The position numbers were made by a program, and so were the translations under genes. Below the pieces are notes generated by a model. That model saw only the letters and a program-made list of their open reading frames with translations, was not told the DNA's origin and ran no database searches. Shown here one piece after another: positions 39,369-49,293 of a stretch of 64,000 bases of DNA (within the stretch, counting starts at the first letter, position 1; each line of letters starts with the position of its first letter). This DNA is from a virus: the IMG/VR virus record IMGVR_UViG_3300031834_000002, positions 25,805-89,804 of that record, one strand, 5' to 3'.

Positions 39369-40613
39369 TTATATCCCTAACTCACTTGCATCTGCTGTTA
39401 TAATAAGATTCTCACCTTCAAGAGTTGTATCAGCTTTTGCATAATCAGCAACATTAATTCCACCACCAACTTTAGTAGCTGTCATTCCAGTAGCTTTAAA
39501 TCCATATTTGAATGTGGTTTTTGTATTATCAGAAAATATTTTTACAATCAATGCTATCTGGTCAGAAAATTTTTCTACATCTATCTTACCAAATCCAGCA
39601 ACTTCGCCTCTTAATACTTCTTCTATTGTAAATTGTTCAAGAATTCTACCAAGAGTAGCTGTTACAGTTTTTGTATTAATACCTCTCTGAACTATATTCT
39701 TATTACCTATTTCTCTAAGGTCTTCTCTATCAAATTTTCCATCAAGGGTAATACTCTGTAATCTATAAACATAATCAGAAACAGAAGGCTTTCCAGAAGC
39801 AGGAATATAAAGATAAATCGAAGCACAATCTCCTAATAAAGCAGATACATCTGAATTATTAAGTGTAAAAATTTCATTTGGTGCATCAGCGGAAGTATAT
39901 GTATATTTTATAACATCGCCAGCAATTACTGTTGCTATTGTTAGAATCTCAGTAGAATTAGAATAAGTATAATCTGTTCCTTCGACAAGAATAGTCGATA
40001 CACCACTTCTAACTCTAACTACTCTAACCATATATATACCAGCATTATCAGGGTCTTCAGCAGGTGTAGCTGTAGCAGAACCACCTAAATCTATTTCATT
40101 ATCGTCTCCAGATTCTACTGTATGTTTATCATTAATGACATATTTATTCAATCCTTGCCAAATTACAGCAGATTCTCCAATTAAATCAAATGACCTCTCT
40201 ATACGATTCTGTGGGTCTCCTATACTTATAGAAAATCCAGAAGTTCTTAGAGCAGGGTATTGATAAGTTCCTCTAAATGTTCCATCGTCATCAGTTAAAT
40301 AAGCTAATATATCAAAATACGGAACTTTAAAATCATTAAGGTCTATAGGTGTTTGCCCATCATTTCCTTTAACAGAATTATTAATTAACTTCTGCCAAAA
40401 TTCTAATGAACCATATTCCAACTGTGTTAATTTATAAGCTATTGTAGGATTTTTCTTTAAATAGCCTACTGCACCATCTCGACCAATTTCTTCTACTTTT
40501 TCTCTATTTAAAGTAGCAGTTGGGTCTATACTTTGTGCCCTATCGATTTCAGCAGAATCTACATCGCCCAGAATTGGAACGATGCGTGGTTTGTAGTCAG
40601 AAAAACGTATCAT
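39369..40613 (-). CDS. major tail (tube) protein with an inserted Ig-like segment
   Basis: strong AAGGAGGA RBS before the ATG at 40613; lies between tail terminator and chaperones; 3' hairpin; LVEGTDYTY insert. Confidence 0.7.
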   Translation of the reverse strand: MIRFSDYKPRIVPILGDVDSAEIDRAQSIDPTATLNREKVEEIGRDGAVGYLKKNPTIAYKLTQLEYGSLEFWQKLINNSVKGNDGQTPIDLNDFKVPYFDILAYLTDDDGTFRGTYQYPALRTSGFSISIGDPQNRIERSFDLIGESAVIWQGLNKYVINDKHTVESGDDNEIDLGGSATATPAEDPDNAGIYMVRVVRVRSGVSTILVEGTDYTYSNSTEILTIATVIAGDVIKYTYTSADAPNEIFTLNNSDVSALLGDCASIYLYIPASGKPSVSDYVYRLQSITLDGKFDREDLREIGNKNIVQRGINTKTVTATLGRILEQFTIEEVLRGEVAGFGKIDVEKFSDQIALIVKIFSDNTKTTFKYGFKATGMTATKVGGGINVADYAKADTTLEGENLIITADASELGI

Positions 40614-40627
40614 GGTTTTGTCCTCCT

Positions 40628-41281
40628 TTAGACTTTTACCATTGTAGTGGATTTCTTCTCCATTAAGAAAAACCACTTGATATAATTATCTACCATACTA
40701 TTTTTTACTAAATATTCATAAGTTTCTTGATGAAGTTTATGATGAAATGCCATACTTGTAAGATAGAAAAAATTATCTTTGTTATTATTTTCTCTATCAC
40801 AATCTATATGATGAAGCACATTTTGTGCTATCATAGCTTTTGGATATTTTTTTAAAAATTCTTTTATATAATTTTTATGTAATCCTAAATAAACTAAATA
40901 TTCATATCCTTTCCAATGCATACTCAAATGCTGTGATTGAGTGATTTTTAATATTCGATTACTATTTTCTTTTAAATCTATATGATGTCTAATGATTGTA
41001 TCTTTATTACTTTTTCCTAACCAATATTTATTTGGATTATTAATCTTAGCACAAGAAGAACATCTATGTTTACCGATTCTATGATTTTCATAACTTATCT
41101 TATTACGACAATCTCTGCATTTATAATATTTTTTGTTAAATTTTCTTCCATCTATAAACATTGGATTATTTCTCCCTTTATTTGCACAAGAACGACAATG
41201 ACCTTTTCTATACAAAGCAGTTCGAGAAGATATTCGTTTGCCACATTTACAGAAATATTTTATATCGAATTGTTTATTCAT
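40628..41281 (-). CDS. CxxC-repeat endonuclease with two HNH-like modules
   Basis: RHHIDL...HLSMH...YEYLV and LHHIDC...HHKLH...YEYLV. Confidence 0.7.
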   Translation of the reverse strand: MNKQFDIKYFCKCGKRISSRTALYRKGHCRSCANKGRNNPMFIDGRKFNKKYYKCRDCRNKISYENHRIGKHRCSSCAKINNPNKYWLGKSNKDTIIRHHIDLKENSNRILKITQSQHLSMHWKGYEYLVYLGLHKNYIKEFLKKYPKAMIAQNVLHHIDCDRENNNKDNFFYLTSMAFHHKLHQETYEYLVKNSMVDNYIKWFFLMEKKSTTMVKV

Positions 41282-41305
41282 AATTTTTTTATCTATATCG
41301 TCTTC

Positions 41306-41527
41306 TTACTTATTTTTATGTGTAGTTTTACAACGTGTATCTATTTTTACAACTATTTTTTCTAACGAATGTTGTCTTTCTATAAATTTTGTTAGAGTAT
41401 CTTTTATTTCCTTGACATCTTTAGATAAATGAACAAGGTCATTAAACTTAATGGTTATAAAAATAACGATATTCGATATTAATACTATAATACTTAATCC
41501 TACTGATAAATATGTTGATATGGGCAT
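41306..41527 (-). CDS. small membrane protein (holin-like)
   Basis: N-terminal hydrophobic helix followed by a coiled coil. Confidence 0.45.
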   Translation of the reverse strand: MPISTYLSVGLSIIVLISNIVIFITIKFNDLVHLSKDVKEIKDTLTKFIERQHSLEKIVVKIDTRCKTTHKNK

Positions 41528-41528
41528 A

Positions 41529-42017
41529 TTATTCTACCTTTCCTGTTGTTATATTTATAGTTAATCTATGTCTGAATTTATCATGTTCATCAAGTTTATC
41601 TTTTTCGGTATCAAAATTAACTGGAGTATCTATTATTTTTAAAATTCTAATTCTTCCATTTTGTGTTTTATTTTCTATTATTGTAGTTCTTCCTTGTTTT
41701 TTTGTTTCATATTCATAATAAGGGCATCCCTCTTTTAAAATTTCTATCAATGTATCTTTTAAATCCAAACGCTGACCGTCGCTATTGCAAAATAAATCGA
41801 TAATTACTGTAACTTCTCTTTCAAAAGAGTTATCTCCTATTTGAATTTTATCATAAAGAGTATCCTCTGCTTTAACACATATTGTAGGTAAAGATAATTC
41901 ATAAACTTTCGCAAAAGATTTTTCTATATTTATATTTTGCCAAAATGATTCTAATCCGTCTTTTAAGAAGTCGATAATACTGGCTTCTAAATTTCTCGAA
42001 ATTCTATATATTGCCAT
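41529..42017 (-). CDS. tail terminator/completion protein
   Basis: position; LPTICV...IDLFC pattern. Confidence 0.6.
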   Translation of the reverse strand: MAIYRISRNLEASIIDFLKDGLESFWQNINIEKSFAKVYELSLPTICVKAEDTLYDKIQIGDNSFEREVTVIIDLFCNSDGQRLDLKDTLIEILKEGCPYYEYETKKQGRTTIIENKTQNGRIRILKIIDTPVNFDTEKDKLDEHDKFRHRLTINITTGKVE

Positions 42018-42031
42018 ATGTATTCTCCATA

Positions 42032-42562
42032 TTAATCTACATATTGTCTTAATAATTGATTTATTTCAAATACTAATAAATTTCTTGAAAATTCTATATA
42101 ATTCATAGGTTTAATTGGATTTTTTGGAAACATAAAAAACATATCTTTGCCTTGTGTAAATGTTTGTGTTCCTATATCAGTTCCTCGTTTTGCTGAATCA
42201 GGAGCATCACCACCAAAAGAACCACCAACTCCTCTACCTTCTTTAGCTATTGTTGTTAAACCTCCAAAATTAATTAAATACCAATAAGGAGCAAGTTTGC
42301 TCATTTCCGATATAAGTCCAATACCCCATGTTACTTCGCCAAGTTTTGTAGAAGGTTCTCTATATAATTTAATACTATTCGCTAAATTGCCTGTTCTTCC
42401 TTCTCTATGAGAATTAGCATTTATATATGTTTGAATAGAACCTAACATTCTATCTCCTAATTCATAAACTAAAGAGCAGAGCCAAGCACTGCCACCATTT
42501 ATAGCCTCGTCATAAATAGTCTTTACATCGAACTTAGGAGTAAATGTTGTATTAAACTGCAT
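42032..42562 (-). CDS. neck/tail completion protein (HK97 gp10-like)
   Basis: RTGNLANSI...APYWYLINFG...PMNY. Confidence 0.7.
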   Translation of the reverse strand: MQFNTTFTPKFDVKTIYDEAINGGSAWLCSLVYELGDRMLGSIQTYINANSHREGRTGNLANSIKLYREPSTKLGEVTWGIGLISEMSKLAPYWYLINFGGLTTIAKEGRGVGGSFGGDAPDSAKRGTDIGTQTFTQGKDMFFMFPKNPIKPMNYIEFSRNLLVFEINQLLRQYVD

Positions 42563-42564
42563 AA

Positions 42565-42804
42565 TTAATCTCTCTTATGATTTCTTTGATATTCTTTATA
42601 TTCATTTGATGCTCTTATAGCCCAAAGTTCTTTATAAGATAATATTCCTTTTTTTGTAATTCTTTGTAAAAATTGCTTACCACCAGCTATTGATAAATTT
42701 AAACATTTACAAGTAATTAATTTTTTACTTTTTGAAACTAATACTTCTTTGCATAATAAACATTTAGCACTATTATATCTAATTATAAATTTAAAGAATT
42801 TCAT
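42565..42804 (-). CDS. small zinc-binding protein
   Basis: AKCLLC...CKC...IAGG. Confidence 0.6.
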   Translation of the reverse strand: MKFFKFIIRYNSAKCLLCKEVLVSKSKKLITCKCLNLSIAGGKQFLQRITKKGILSYKELWAIRASNEYKEYQRNHKRD

Positions 42805-42806
42805 AT

Positions 42807-43157
42807 TTATATTTCTTTATTATAAGCATAAATACGAATATAATCGCCTTCTTCTTTAATAGCCATTTTACTATTTACTCTAAATCCTTCAAAAGATTTA
42901 CCAGCAATTTCTATTCTATAACAATTTTCAATTAAATTTTTATATTTCTTTTCTATATATATTTCTTTAGCAGAATTAGTTATAATTCCTATCAATGTCC
43001 AGTGAATCTTTGAAAAAGATAAATCATTTACAATTGCTGAAATAGGAATAGAAGACAATTCTGTTATTTCAGTTGAATGTTCATAGGGGTCAGTTTCGTC
43101 TACTTTTGCAAGATAAATTTTAATTCGTTGCGACCATTCTTTAAATAAATTTTCCAT
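42807..43157 (-). CDS. head closure/stopper protein
   Basis: position; DPYE motif. Confidence 0.5.
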   Translation of the reverse strand: MENLFKEWSQRIKIYLAKVDETDPYEHSTEITELSSIPISAIVNDLSFSKIHWTLIGIITNSAKEIYIEKKYKNLIENCYRIEIAGKSFEGFRVNSKMAIKEEGDYIRIYAYNKEI

Positions 43158-43293
43158 TACAGTAGTCCTAATTTTTTTGCTATTAATAGAATTAATTCTC
43201 TTATTTCTTTATCTGTAAGAGATTTCTCATCTCTTTTTTTAAACTTAGAATATTCTTTAATTTTTTTTAGTTCTTGTTCGTTAATTAATCTTT

Positions 43294-45735
43294 TCATGCC
43301 CATGATTGTGTCACTCCATGAAGTTTAAGATTTTTTTCATTATATGTAATAGCTTTATATTTAATATTAGTTCCTGTTCTTGCAGAAACATCTACAATAC
43401 CAGAAAGAATTCGTTTTCCAGTATTCCAATCACCTTCATCTGATAAAGTTATTTGGTCATAATTCGAACCACCATCGATACTTGCATAAACTTTTAGGTC
43501 AGTATTTAAAGTAATTGCATCTACATCTTCTTCGAATAAAACTATACGAGTCTGAGAAGGTTCTGCTTCTGCAACAACTACGTCAGAAATTAATGTCATA
43601 TTTAACATTATAGATACAGATTTAAAGTCATCTATATAAAATGTATTCTCTGCATCTGAATTTAAAATTTTTATTATTATTTTGTCTATATCATTTTTAT
43701 TAGCATTGCTTATTCCAGAAATATCTAAGGTCTTTTGTTCCCAAGTATTTGCCGAATTTATTGTTATATTAAAAGTAGAAGTAGTGCCTCCTGAATCATG
43801 GAACTGTAATTGTAAATTTTCACCTGTTCTTGTTGCTCTTACATATACCACTAAATCTTCTATACCAGAAAGGTCTTTTTTACTTCCTCCTGTTAATGTT
43901 TTTGTTAAAGTTTTATTTAAAGAATCAGTAATATTAGCTATTCCTTTTAATGAGTATGAACCTTGTTGTTTTATTGTTCCTTCTGAATAAGATTGTAATG
44001 TTTCTGCTCCATATTCATTTGTAGGCGGTGTAAAATTAGAAGTCCATCGTGCTATACCTTTCGATACACGAATTTCATCTATATAGCCATTAAATCTTCT
44101 TGCAGGGTCATCGGCTTCTGCACCAATCACAAGTGGATAAGCGACATCATACCAAGTAATAAAATTATCTGTATTAGGACAAGCTATTCCATTTACATAA
44201 CAAGTAGTTACTCCACTTGCTCTTACAAATGCAAGATGAGCCCAAGTATTTAAAGAAAGTGCTGAGCCTCCGAAATTATGGTCATTTCCACCAAAATCTC
44301 CAGCAGTATAAAAATAAGGCACTCCATTATTAAGAGTAAAAAACCATTGAGCATTATTAGTCGGATTTCCTTGTCCAATCAAAGGAGCATAAGGAGCATT
44401 AGATATAGGATATATCCATCCATCAATTGTAAAGTCTCCTGCCCCAAAATTCCAATCTGCACTATCCGCTAAACTTAAACATTCTCCACTATTTCCCAAT
44501 CTTGCAGAACCAGTTCCAAATTTCTTAATAGAAGTATCTACATAAACTTGACCATAAGGAGAAGGAGGAACTGTAAAGTTAGAAGTCCATCGAGCAATTC
44601 CTTTTGATACACGAATTTCGTCCATAAATCCATCTACATAATACGATGCATCTAATCTTCCTATTTCTAATATTCTGCTACTATTATAAATAGTAACTCC
44701 AGTAACATCGCCAGTAGCTCCAGTTTGGATGCCATCTACATAGAACTTTAAATCATTTCCATATCTCACAAAAGCTAAATGATAATAAGTATCTATACTT
44801 GGAGACCAAGAAAAACTTTTATCTATCTGATTCGACCCATTAGTGCTATAAGAAAAATATACTGTTGTTCCTCCTGAAAATGCAGTAAAAAAAGCACAAT
44901 CGCTTCCACCAGATAACCATTGACTTATGAATCCTTTCCATCCTGAAATAACATCAAATCTAATCCAAAAATCAATAGTAAAATCTCCACTACCAAAATC
45001 CCAATCAGTAGATTCTGGAACTGTTAAATAGGAAGTGCTACCATTAAATATTCCTGAATATCCCCATTTATATTGTCCTGCTGTATTAGAAAAAGTTACA
45101 TTATTATTAGTTACTGTTTTACCTATTTTATCTGTAACATTATTATCTAAATGAAGCATTAATCTAGTATAAGAATCATAATTTTCAGTATTAGTAACTG
45201 ATTTTCCTATTTCATCTATAAAAGAAGTATCTCCTTGACTTCCATTTCCATGTAATAATAATTTAGCATAACTATCGACTCCTCCAGCATCATCTGTTAC
45301 ATAATTCGATTGTGCAGTTTCATCTGTTGCATATTCCATATAATCTATTTCTTTTAATGGTATATTTACAGGACTATAATAATCATCTGAAGAATTATAA
45401 AGTTGATTTATAGAGTTTACTGTGTCTATTCCAGATTCGTCTTCATATTCATCTATAAATCCATCTACAAGATTATAGATTATTTTACTTTGGTCTATTG
45501 CACGATAAAATGCAAGTAACATTATATTTTGTTCTATTCTATCTGCTATTTTTAAAGTTCCTGCATTATTTATAATAGTAAAATTATCTACTAAAATAAT
45601 AGGAGTAATCCAAGTAAATTGTCCATCTGCTCCTAAAGAAGGAACTTGACCTAAAGATGGAGAATTAGTTACGTCCAAATCATCAGAACGAATTGGAGCA
45701 AGTTGTCCTCTTGTTATATGAGTATTTCTATCCAT
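43294..45735 (-). CDS. virion fibre with two LamG/ConA-like domains
   Basis: KLLLH, DFTIDxW, HLAFVR and DEIRVSKGIARWTSNF, each twice. Confidence 0.85.
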   Translation of the reverse strand: MDRNTHITRGQLAPIRSDDLDVTNSPSLGQVPSLGADGQFTWITPIILVDNFTIINNAGTLKIADRIEQNIMLLAFYRAIDQSKIIYNLVDGFIDEYEDESGIDTVNSINQLYNSSDDYYSPVNIPLKEIDYMEYATDETAQSNYVTDDAGGVDSYAKLLLHGNGSQGDTSFIDEIGKSVTNTENYDSYTRLMLHLDNNVTDKIGKTVTNNNVTFSNTAGQYKWGYSGIFNGSTSYLTVPESTDWDFGSGDFTIDFWIRFDVISGWKGFISQWLSGGSDCAFFTAFSGGTTVYFSYSTNGSNQIDKSFSWSPSIDTYYHLAFVRYGNDLKFYVDGIQTGATGDVTGVTIYNSSRILEIGRLDASYYVDGFMDEIRVSKGIARWTSNFTVPPSPYGQVYVDTSIKKFGTGSARLGNSGECLSLADSADWNFGAGDFTIDGWIYPISNAPYAPLIGQGNPTNNAQWFFTLNNGVPYFYTAGDFGGNDHNFGGSALSLNTWAHLAFVRASGVTTCYVNGIACPNTDNFITWYDVAYPLVIGAEADDPARRFNGYIDEIRVSKGIARWTSNFTPPTNEYGAETLQSYSEGTIKQQGSYSLKGIANITDSLNKTLTKTLTGGSKKDLSGIEDLVVYVRATRTGENLQLQFHDSGGTTSTFNITINSANTWEQKTLDISGISNANKNDIDKIIIKILNSDAENTFYIDDFKSVSIMLNMTLISDVVVAEAEPSQTRIVLFEEDVDAITLNTDLKVYASIDGGSNYDQITLSDEGDWNTGKRILSGIVDVSARTGTNIKYKAITYNEKNLKLHGVTQSWA

Positions 45736-45751
45736 AAATTATTCTGCTTTC

Positions 45752-46222
45752 TTAGACTCTTGTTATATAATGTATAATTACTATATCATCAATTTCAGTT
45801 GCTTCGGTAAAAGTAATAACTGAATTAGCAGTAAGTTCAGAATATATATAATCTTTACCAGAACCTTCTTCTTGTAAAAGACCATTAAGAAAAACCTGAA
45901 TAGAACTTACAATAGCTAAAGTTCCCATAATATATTCTGTTTTTTCAGAAACGATAGGATATTCAACTACAAAAGCACCTTCAAAATCAATAATTTTATC
46001 TCTTGTAATATTATTTACTTTAAGAGTTCTATCTATAATTAAAGTATCATTATCAACATTAACTATAATTTTACCTTCTTCATCTGTAGATAAACCATCT
46101 GCTATAATACTTAATACGTCGACTTGAGCAACATCAGGATTACCTTGTTTTCTTCTTAAACCAAATCCAAAAAATGAATCTTGAATTTGTAATCCTCTTA
46201 TAGAAGTATTTCTATTATCCAT
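45752..46222 (-). CDS. head/neck decoration protein
   Basis: VFLNGLLQEEGSGKDY domain; N-terminal RNTSIRG. Confidence 0.6.
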   Translation of the reverse strand: MDNRNTSIRGLQIQDSFFGFGLRRKQGNPDVAQVDVLSIIADGLSTDEEGKIIVNVDNDTLIIDRTLKVNNITRDKIIDFEGAFVVEYPIVSEKTEYIMGTLAIVSSIQVFLNGLLQEEGSGKDYIYSELTANSVITFTEATEIDDIVIIHYITRV

Positions 46223-46239
46223 ATAATTTTCCTTTGCAC

Positions 46240-46500
46240 TTATTCTTTTTTAATTTCGTCTTTTGGTTCAAGCAATTCTGTTAAAACTAAAATTATACCA
46301 TCAAGTTTTAGAATAGTATCTTTATTTTCTTTTATTTGAGCAAGTTGCTTTTCAATTACTTCTAAACCTTTTTTCTTTTCCTCTATTGACCATTTTAATT
46401 TTTGTTCGATTGTTTTTCTTAATGAAATAGAATCTTCTGCCCTACGTTGTTTCATTGCTTCGAGAGTTTTTTTTCCTTTTTCACTTGTAGGTTTTCTCAT
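46240..46500 (-). CDS. coiled-coil hypothetical protein
   Basis: AGGAG RBS. Confidence 0.6.
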   Translation of the reverse strand: MRKPTSEKGKKTLEAMKQRRAEDSISLRKTIEQKLKWSIEEKKKGLEVIEKQLAQIKENKDTILKLDGIILVLTELLEPKDEIKKE

Positions 46501-46573
46501 TTATTATTTCTCCTTACATTTATAAAAATGACTTAACGTATTTTTGGGGTTTACTACAATTTAACTAATTACT

Positions 46574-47035
46574 TTAAGCCTTTATATAATGAACTATAAT
46601 TATATCAGTAACTTCAGTTGCAACAGCAAAAGTAATTTGTTTAGCAGAAATTGTATAATCTTTACCAGAACCCTCTTCTTGTAAAAGACCGTTCAAATAT
46701 ACTTGAACAGAACTTGCAACAGGAGTCTCTGTAAGAGGAGCAGGGGTTGTATCCGCACTACCTGTTAAATCATCAACATAAATATCACCAGCTACTATAC
46801 CAACGTTATCGGTAATAGTATAAAATTCCAGAGCATTTGCTCCAGCATTAACTCTTACACCTTTAAGAGCAGAATCAGTATAATTAGCAGGAACATCTGT
46901 TAAAGATGTAAATGCACCCATCGCTTGTAAAGCAGTATCAGCTAAATCTAATGACGCATTTACGGAAACGTTTAACTGCGTTTCAGTAACTTCTCCATCT
47001 TTTATTTGAATACCACGAATTGCTGTATTTCTCAT
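46574..47035 (-). CDS. head/neck decoration protein
   Basis: AAGGAGG RBS before the ATG at 47035; VYLNGLLQEEGSGKDY domain. Confidence 0.6.
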   Translation of the reverse strand: MRNTAIRGIQIKDGEVTETQLNVSVNASLDLADTALQAMGAFTSLTDVPANYTDSALKGVRVNAGANALEFYTITDNVGIVAGDIYVDDLTGSADTTPAPLTETPVASSVQVYLNGLLQEEGSGKDYTISAKQITFAVATEVTDIIIVHYIKA

Positions 47036-47162
47036 TTTTTTAGTCCTCCTTGACTTTTTATTATTTCTATCTATCAAGGTTAATATTTAATTTTTCAAAG
47101 ATTTGAAAGCATTTACCCATGCCTTCTACGTTAAGTCTTACAAAATTCAATTCAGTAAAATT

Positions 47163-47435
47163 TTATATATTTGTGTATCCACTGCCATTGCAATGTTCGC
47201 ACAAAGTATAGCCTTGTCTAATACTACATCCTTTTGGACATCTTTTAATCAATTTTTCAGATTCTAATTGTTTAAATAATTTTGACATATCTATATAAAA
47301 AAAATCAAATATTTGTTTCTTTAAATATTTAAAATTTGGCGATTCTTTACCTTCTTTATATTCTATGAGAGAAAGTATTTTTTTTAAAATATTTAGTTGT
47401 GTTAAATATATTGAACGAGCAATTTGATAAGACAT
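47163..47435 (-). CDS. small zinc-finger protein
   Basis: CPKGC...CEHCNGSG. Confidence 0.55.
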   Translation of the reverse strand: MSYQIARSIYLTQLNILKKILSLIEYKEGKESPNFKYLKKQIFDFFYIDMSKLFKQLESEKLIKRCPKGCSIRQGYTLCEHCNGSGYTNI

Positions 47436-47457
47436 TTTTTATATTTCCTTACATTAT

Positions 47458-47805
47458 TTAAGTTAATTCTAAATATTCAACTTCTATATAATCATCTATC
47501 ATCACTGCTTCTGTAATTTCAAAAATTGTAGAACTAATCTCTATTAAGTCTGATTGTTTTTCTTTAAGTCCATTAAGATAAAATTTTAAACTACCGATTA
47601 CATAAGATTTAGAAGTTTGAAAGCGAATTGTTGATAATCGATAAGGAACTTCTTGAATAAGTTTACTTACTGTTACTTTTTCTAAATAATTTAATACATC
47701 TATAGTTGTAAATCTTGCAGAGATTATTTCTTTCTCTACAAAGTCTACTCTGATTAGGTCTTTTTCTATAAACTGTGCAGATATAACGTCTGTTTGTGAA
47801 TACAT
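47458..47805 (-). CDS. virion protein with FYLNGL domain
   Basis: domain related to those at 45752 and 46574. Confidence 0.55.
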   Translation of the reverse strand: MYSQTDVISAQFIEKDLIRVDFVEKEIISARFTTIDVLNYLEKVTVSKLIQEVPYRLSTIRFQTSKSYVIGSLKFYLNGLKEKQSDLIEISSTIFEITEAVMIDDYIEVEYLELT

Positions 47806-47817
47806 TAGTTATTCCTT

Positions 47818-48174
47818 TTAAGCGACCTTTTCTATAGTGATACGTCCTCTGACAATAACACCTTTATTAGCAGGGTTTTCGACATCTATAAATTTCACTG
47901 AGTAATAATACGACTTTGGTGTAATATTAGTATCGGTAGATTCTAAACGAATTAAAGATTTACCATTAATTGCATCGGAATGAGTTGTTATTTCTTTATT
48001 AATTATAGCTTCTCCATCATCATCACCAAGTTTTTCTTTAACAATAAAAATAATAGTCCATCCTGTAATATTTTCAACTGCATTATTCTTAGTTATTTGA
48101 ACTTCATAGGCTTTAGTCATTCCTTTTGGAATAATTAAATCCTTATCGATAGGAGCAATATTTGGTGTTAGCAT
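47818..48174 (-). CDS. BppU N-terminal-like virion protein
   Basis: DLIIPKG...NITGWT..F.VK...G...L...DT...YYY. Confidence 0.6.
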   Translation of the reverse strand: MLTPNIAPIDKDLIIPKGMTKAYEVQITKNNAVENITGWTIIFIVKEKLGDDDGEAIINKEITTHSDAINGKSLIRLESTDTNITPKSYYYSVKFIDVENPANKGVIVRGRITIEKVA

Positions 48175-48188
48175 TTCTTTTCTCCTTA

Positions 48189-48773
48189 TTATATATTAGG
48201 GAATATATCAAAATTTAAAATATAATTAGCTCCAAGACCTATTTGAAATTTACTTATTAGTTTTTCTATTCTTTCTTCTTTAGTCATTTTTTCTGGATAA
48301 ACTACAGAAACATTTGGCAATTTATAAGAAATCCAATTTGGTTTTATTAAAATAGATGCTATTAATGCCACTAAATCAGTTGTTCTATTATCAGGAGTAG
48401 GAACAATATTACCTACATTGCCTGATTCATATTCTAATTCATAGTCTTTATCATCGTAACAATGAACAGAAATAAATACTAATGCAGAGCGAATATAACC
48501 ATCTATTTCTGTATCAGAATATTTATAATAAGTATAATCTACTTCTATAATATCACTTGTAGTTAAACCAGATGATTCTATGGTTATTTTATTAGTTATA
48601 GCATCAAATGTATAATCTTCTATTTCTTCTCCATTAAGTAATACTTTTGCAATCGTAATATTATTCTGTGTTATTGTAAAAATATTAGAAGTAGTATATG
48701 AAAATATTTCTATATCTGATTTTCCATTATCAACTATAAGTGCACGAATTTTTATTCTTATAGATTCTAACAT
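48189..48773 (-). CDS. head-tail adaptor with an inserted Ig-like segment
   Basis: IRALIVD...YSDTEIDGYI pattern; position after the capsid gene. Confidence 0.55.
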   Translation of the reverse strand: MLESIRIKIRALIVDNGKSDIEIFSYTTSNIFTITQNNITIAKVLLNGEEIEDYTFDAITNKITIESSGLTTSDIIEVDYTYYKYSDTEIDGYIRSALVFISVHCYDDKDYELEYESGNVGNIVPTPDNRTTDLVALIASILIKPNWISYKLPNVSVVYPEKMTKEERIEKLISKFQIGLGANYILNFDIFPNI

Positions 48774-48785
48774 TCTAAGTCTCCT

Positions 48786-49277
48786 TTAATTCTTTTTATA
48801 ATTAATAGTTTCATAATCGTCGTCTTTAGTATTTCTTACTTCAGGACGAAATATATATTTTCTCATTAGAAGCACTTCAGACCCTCTATTACCTTGAAAA
48901 ACATATTGATTTTTTTGAAATACTTTTAATAATGGATTATTTTTATGTAACTTTACAAATACATCTTCTTTTATATTCCAGTTTACTATTTTAAGAAAAT
49001 TACTTGCAAGTTTTTCATCTTTTGTTAATATTTTGAGATAAGTTCTAAATCCTTTTTCTTTTAAAATTAAAGCAATTCCATTTTCTTTATCAATTTCATA
49101 TACTATTTGACTTCCTTTTTTAAGATAATTAAATAATACATCAGGATTATCTCTTAAAGAAATTCTTATATTTTGTTGGGTAGAATAAAAATCTCCATAT
49201 AAATCTACTGTATCACAAAGAACAGTTTCTATAAGTCTTTTTTCTTTTTTATTGTATCCTTGTTTTATTTTTATCAC
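48786..49277 (-). CDS. hypothetical protein, possibly GNAT-like
   Basis: NNPLLKVFQKNQY loosely resembles the GNAT C-terminal motif. Confidence 0.4.
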   Translation of the reverse strand: MIKIKQGYNKKEKRLIETVLCDTVDLYGDFYSTQQNIRISLRDNPDVLFNYLKKGSQIVYEIDKENGIALILKEKGFRTYLKILTKDEKLASNFLKIVNWNIKEDVFVKLHKNNPLLKVFQKNQYVFQGNRGSEVLLMRKYIFRPEVRNTKDDDYETINYKKN

Positions 49278-49293
49278 GATAAAACTCCTATGG

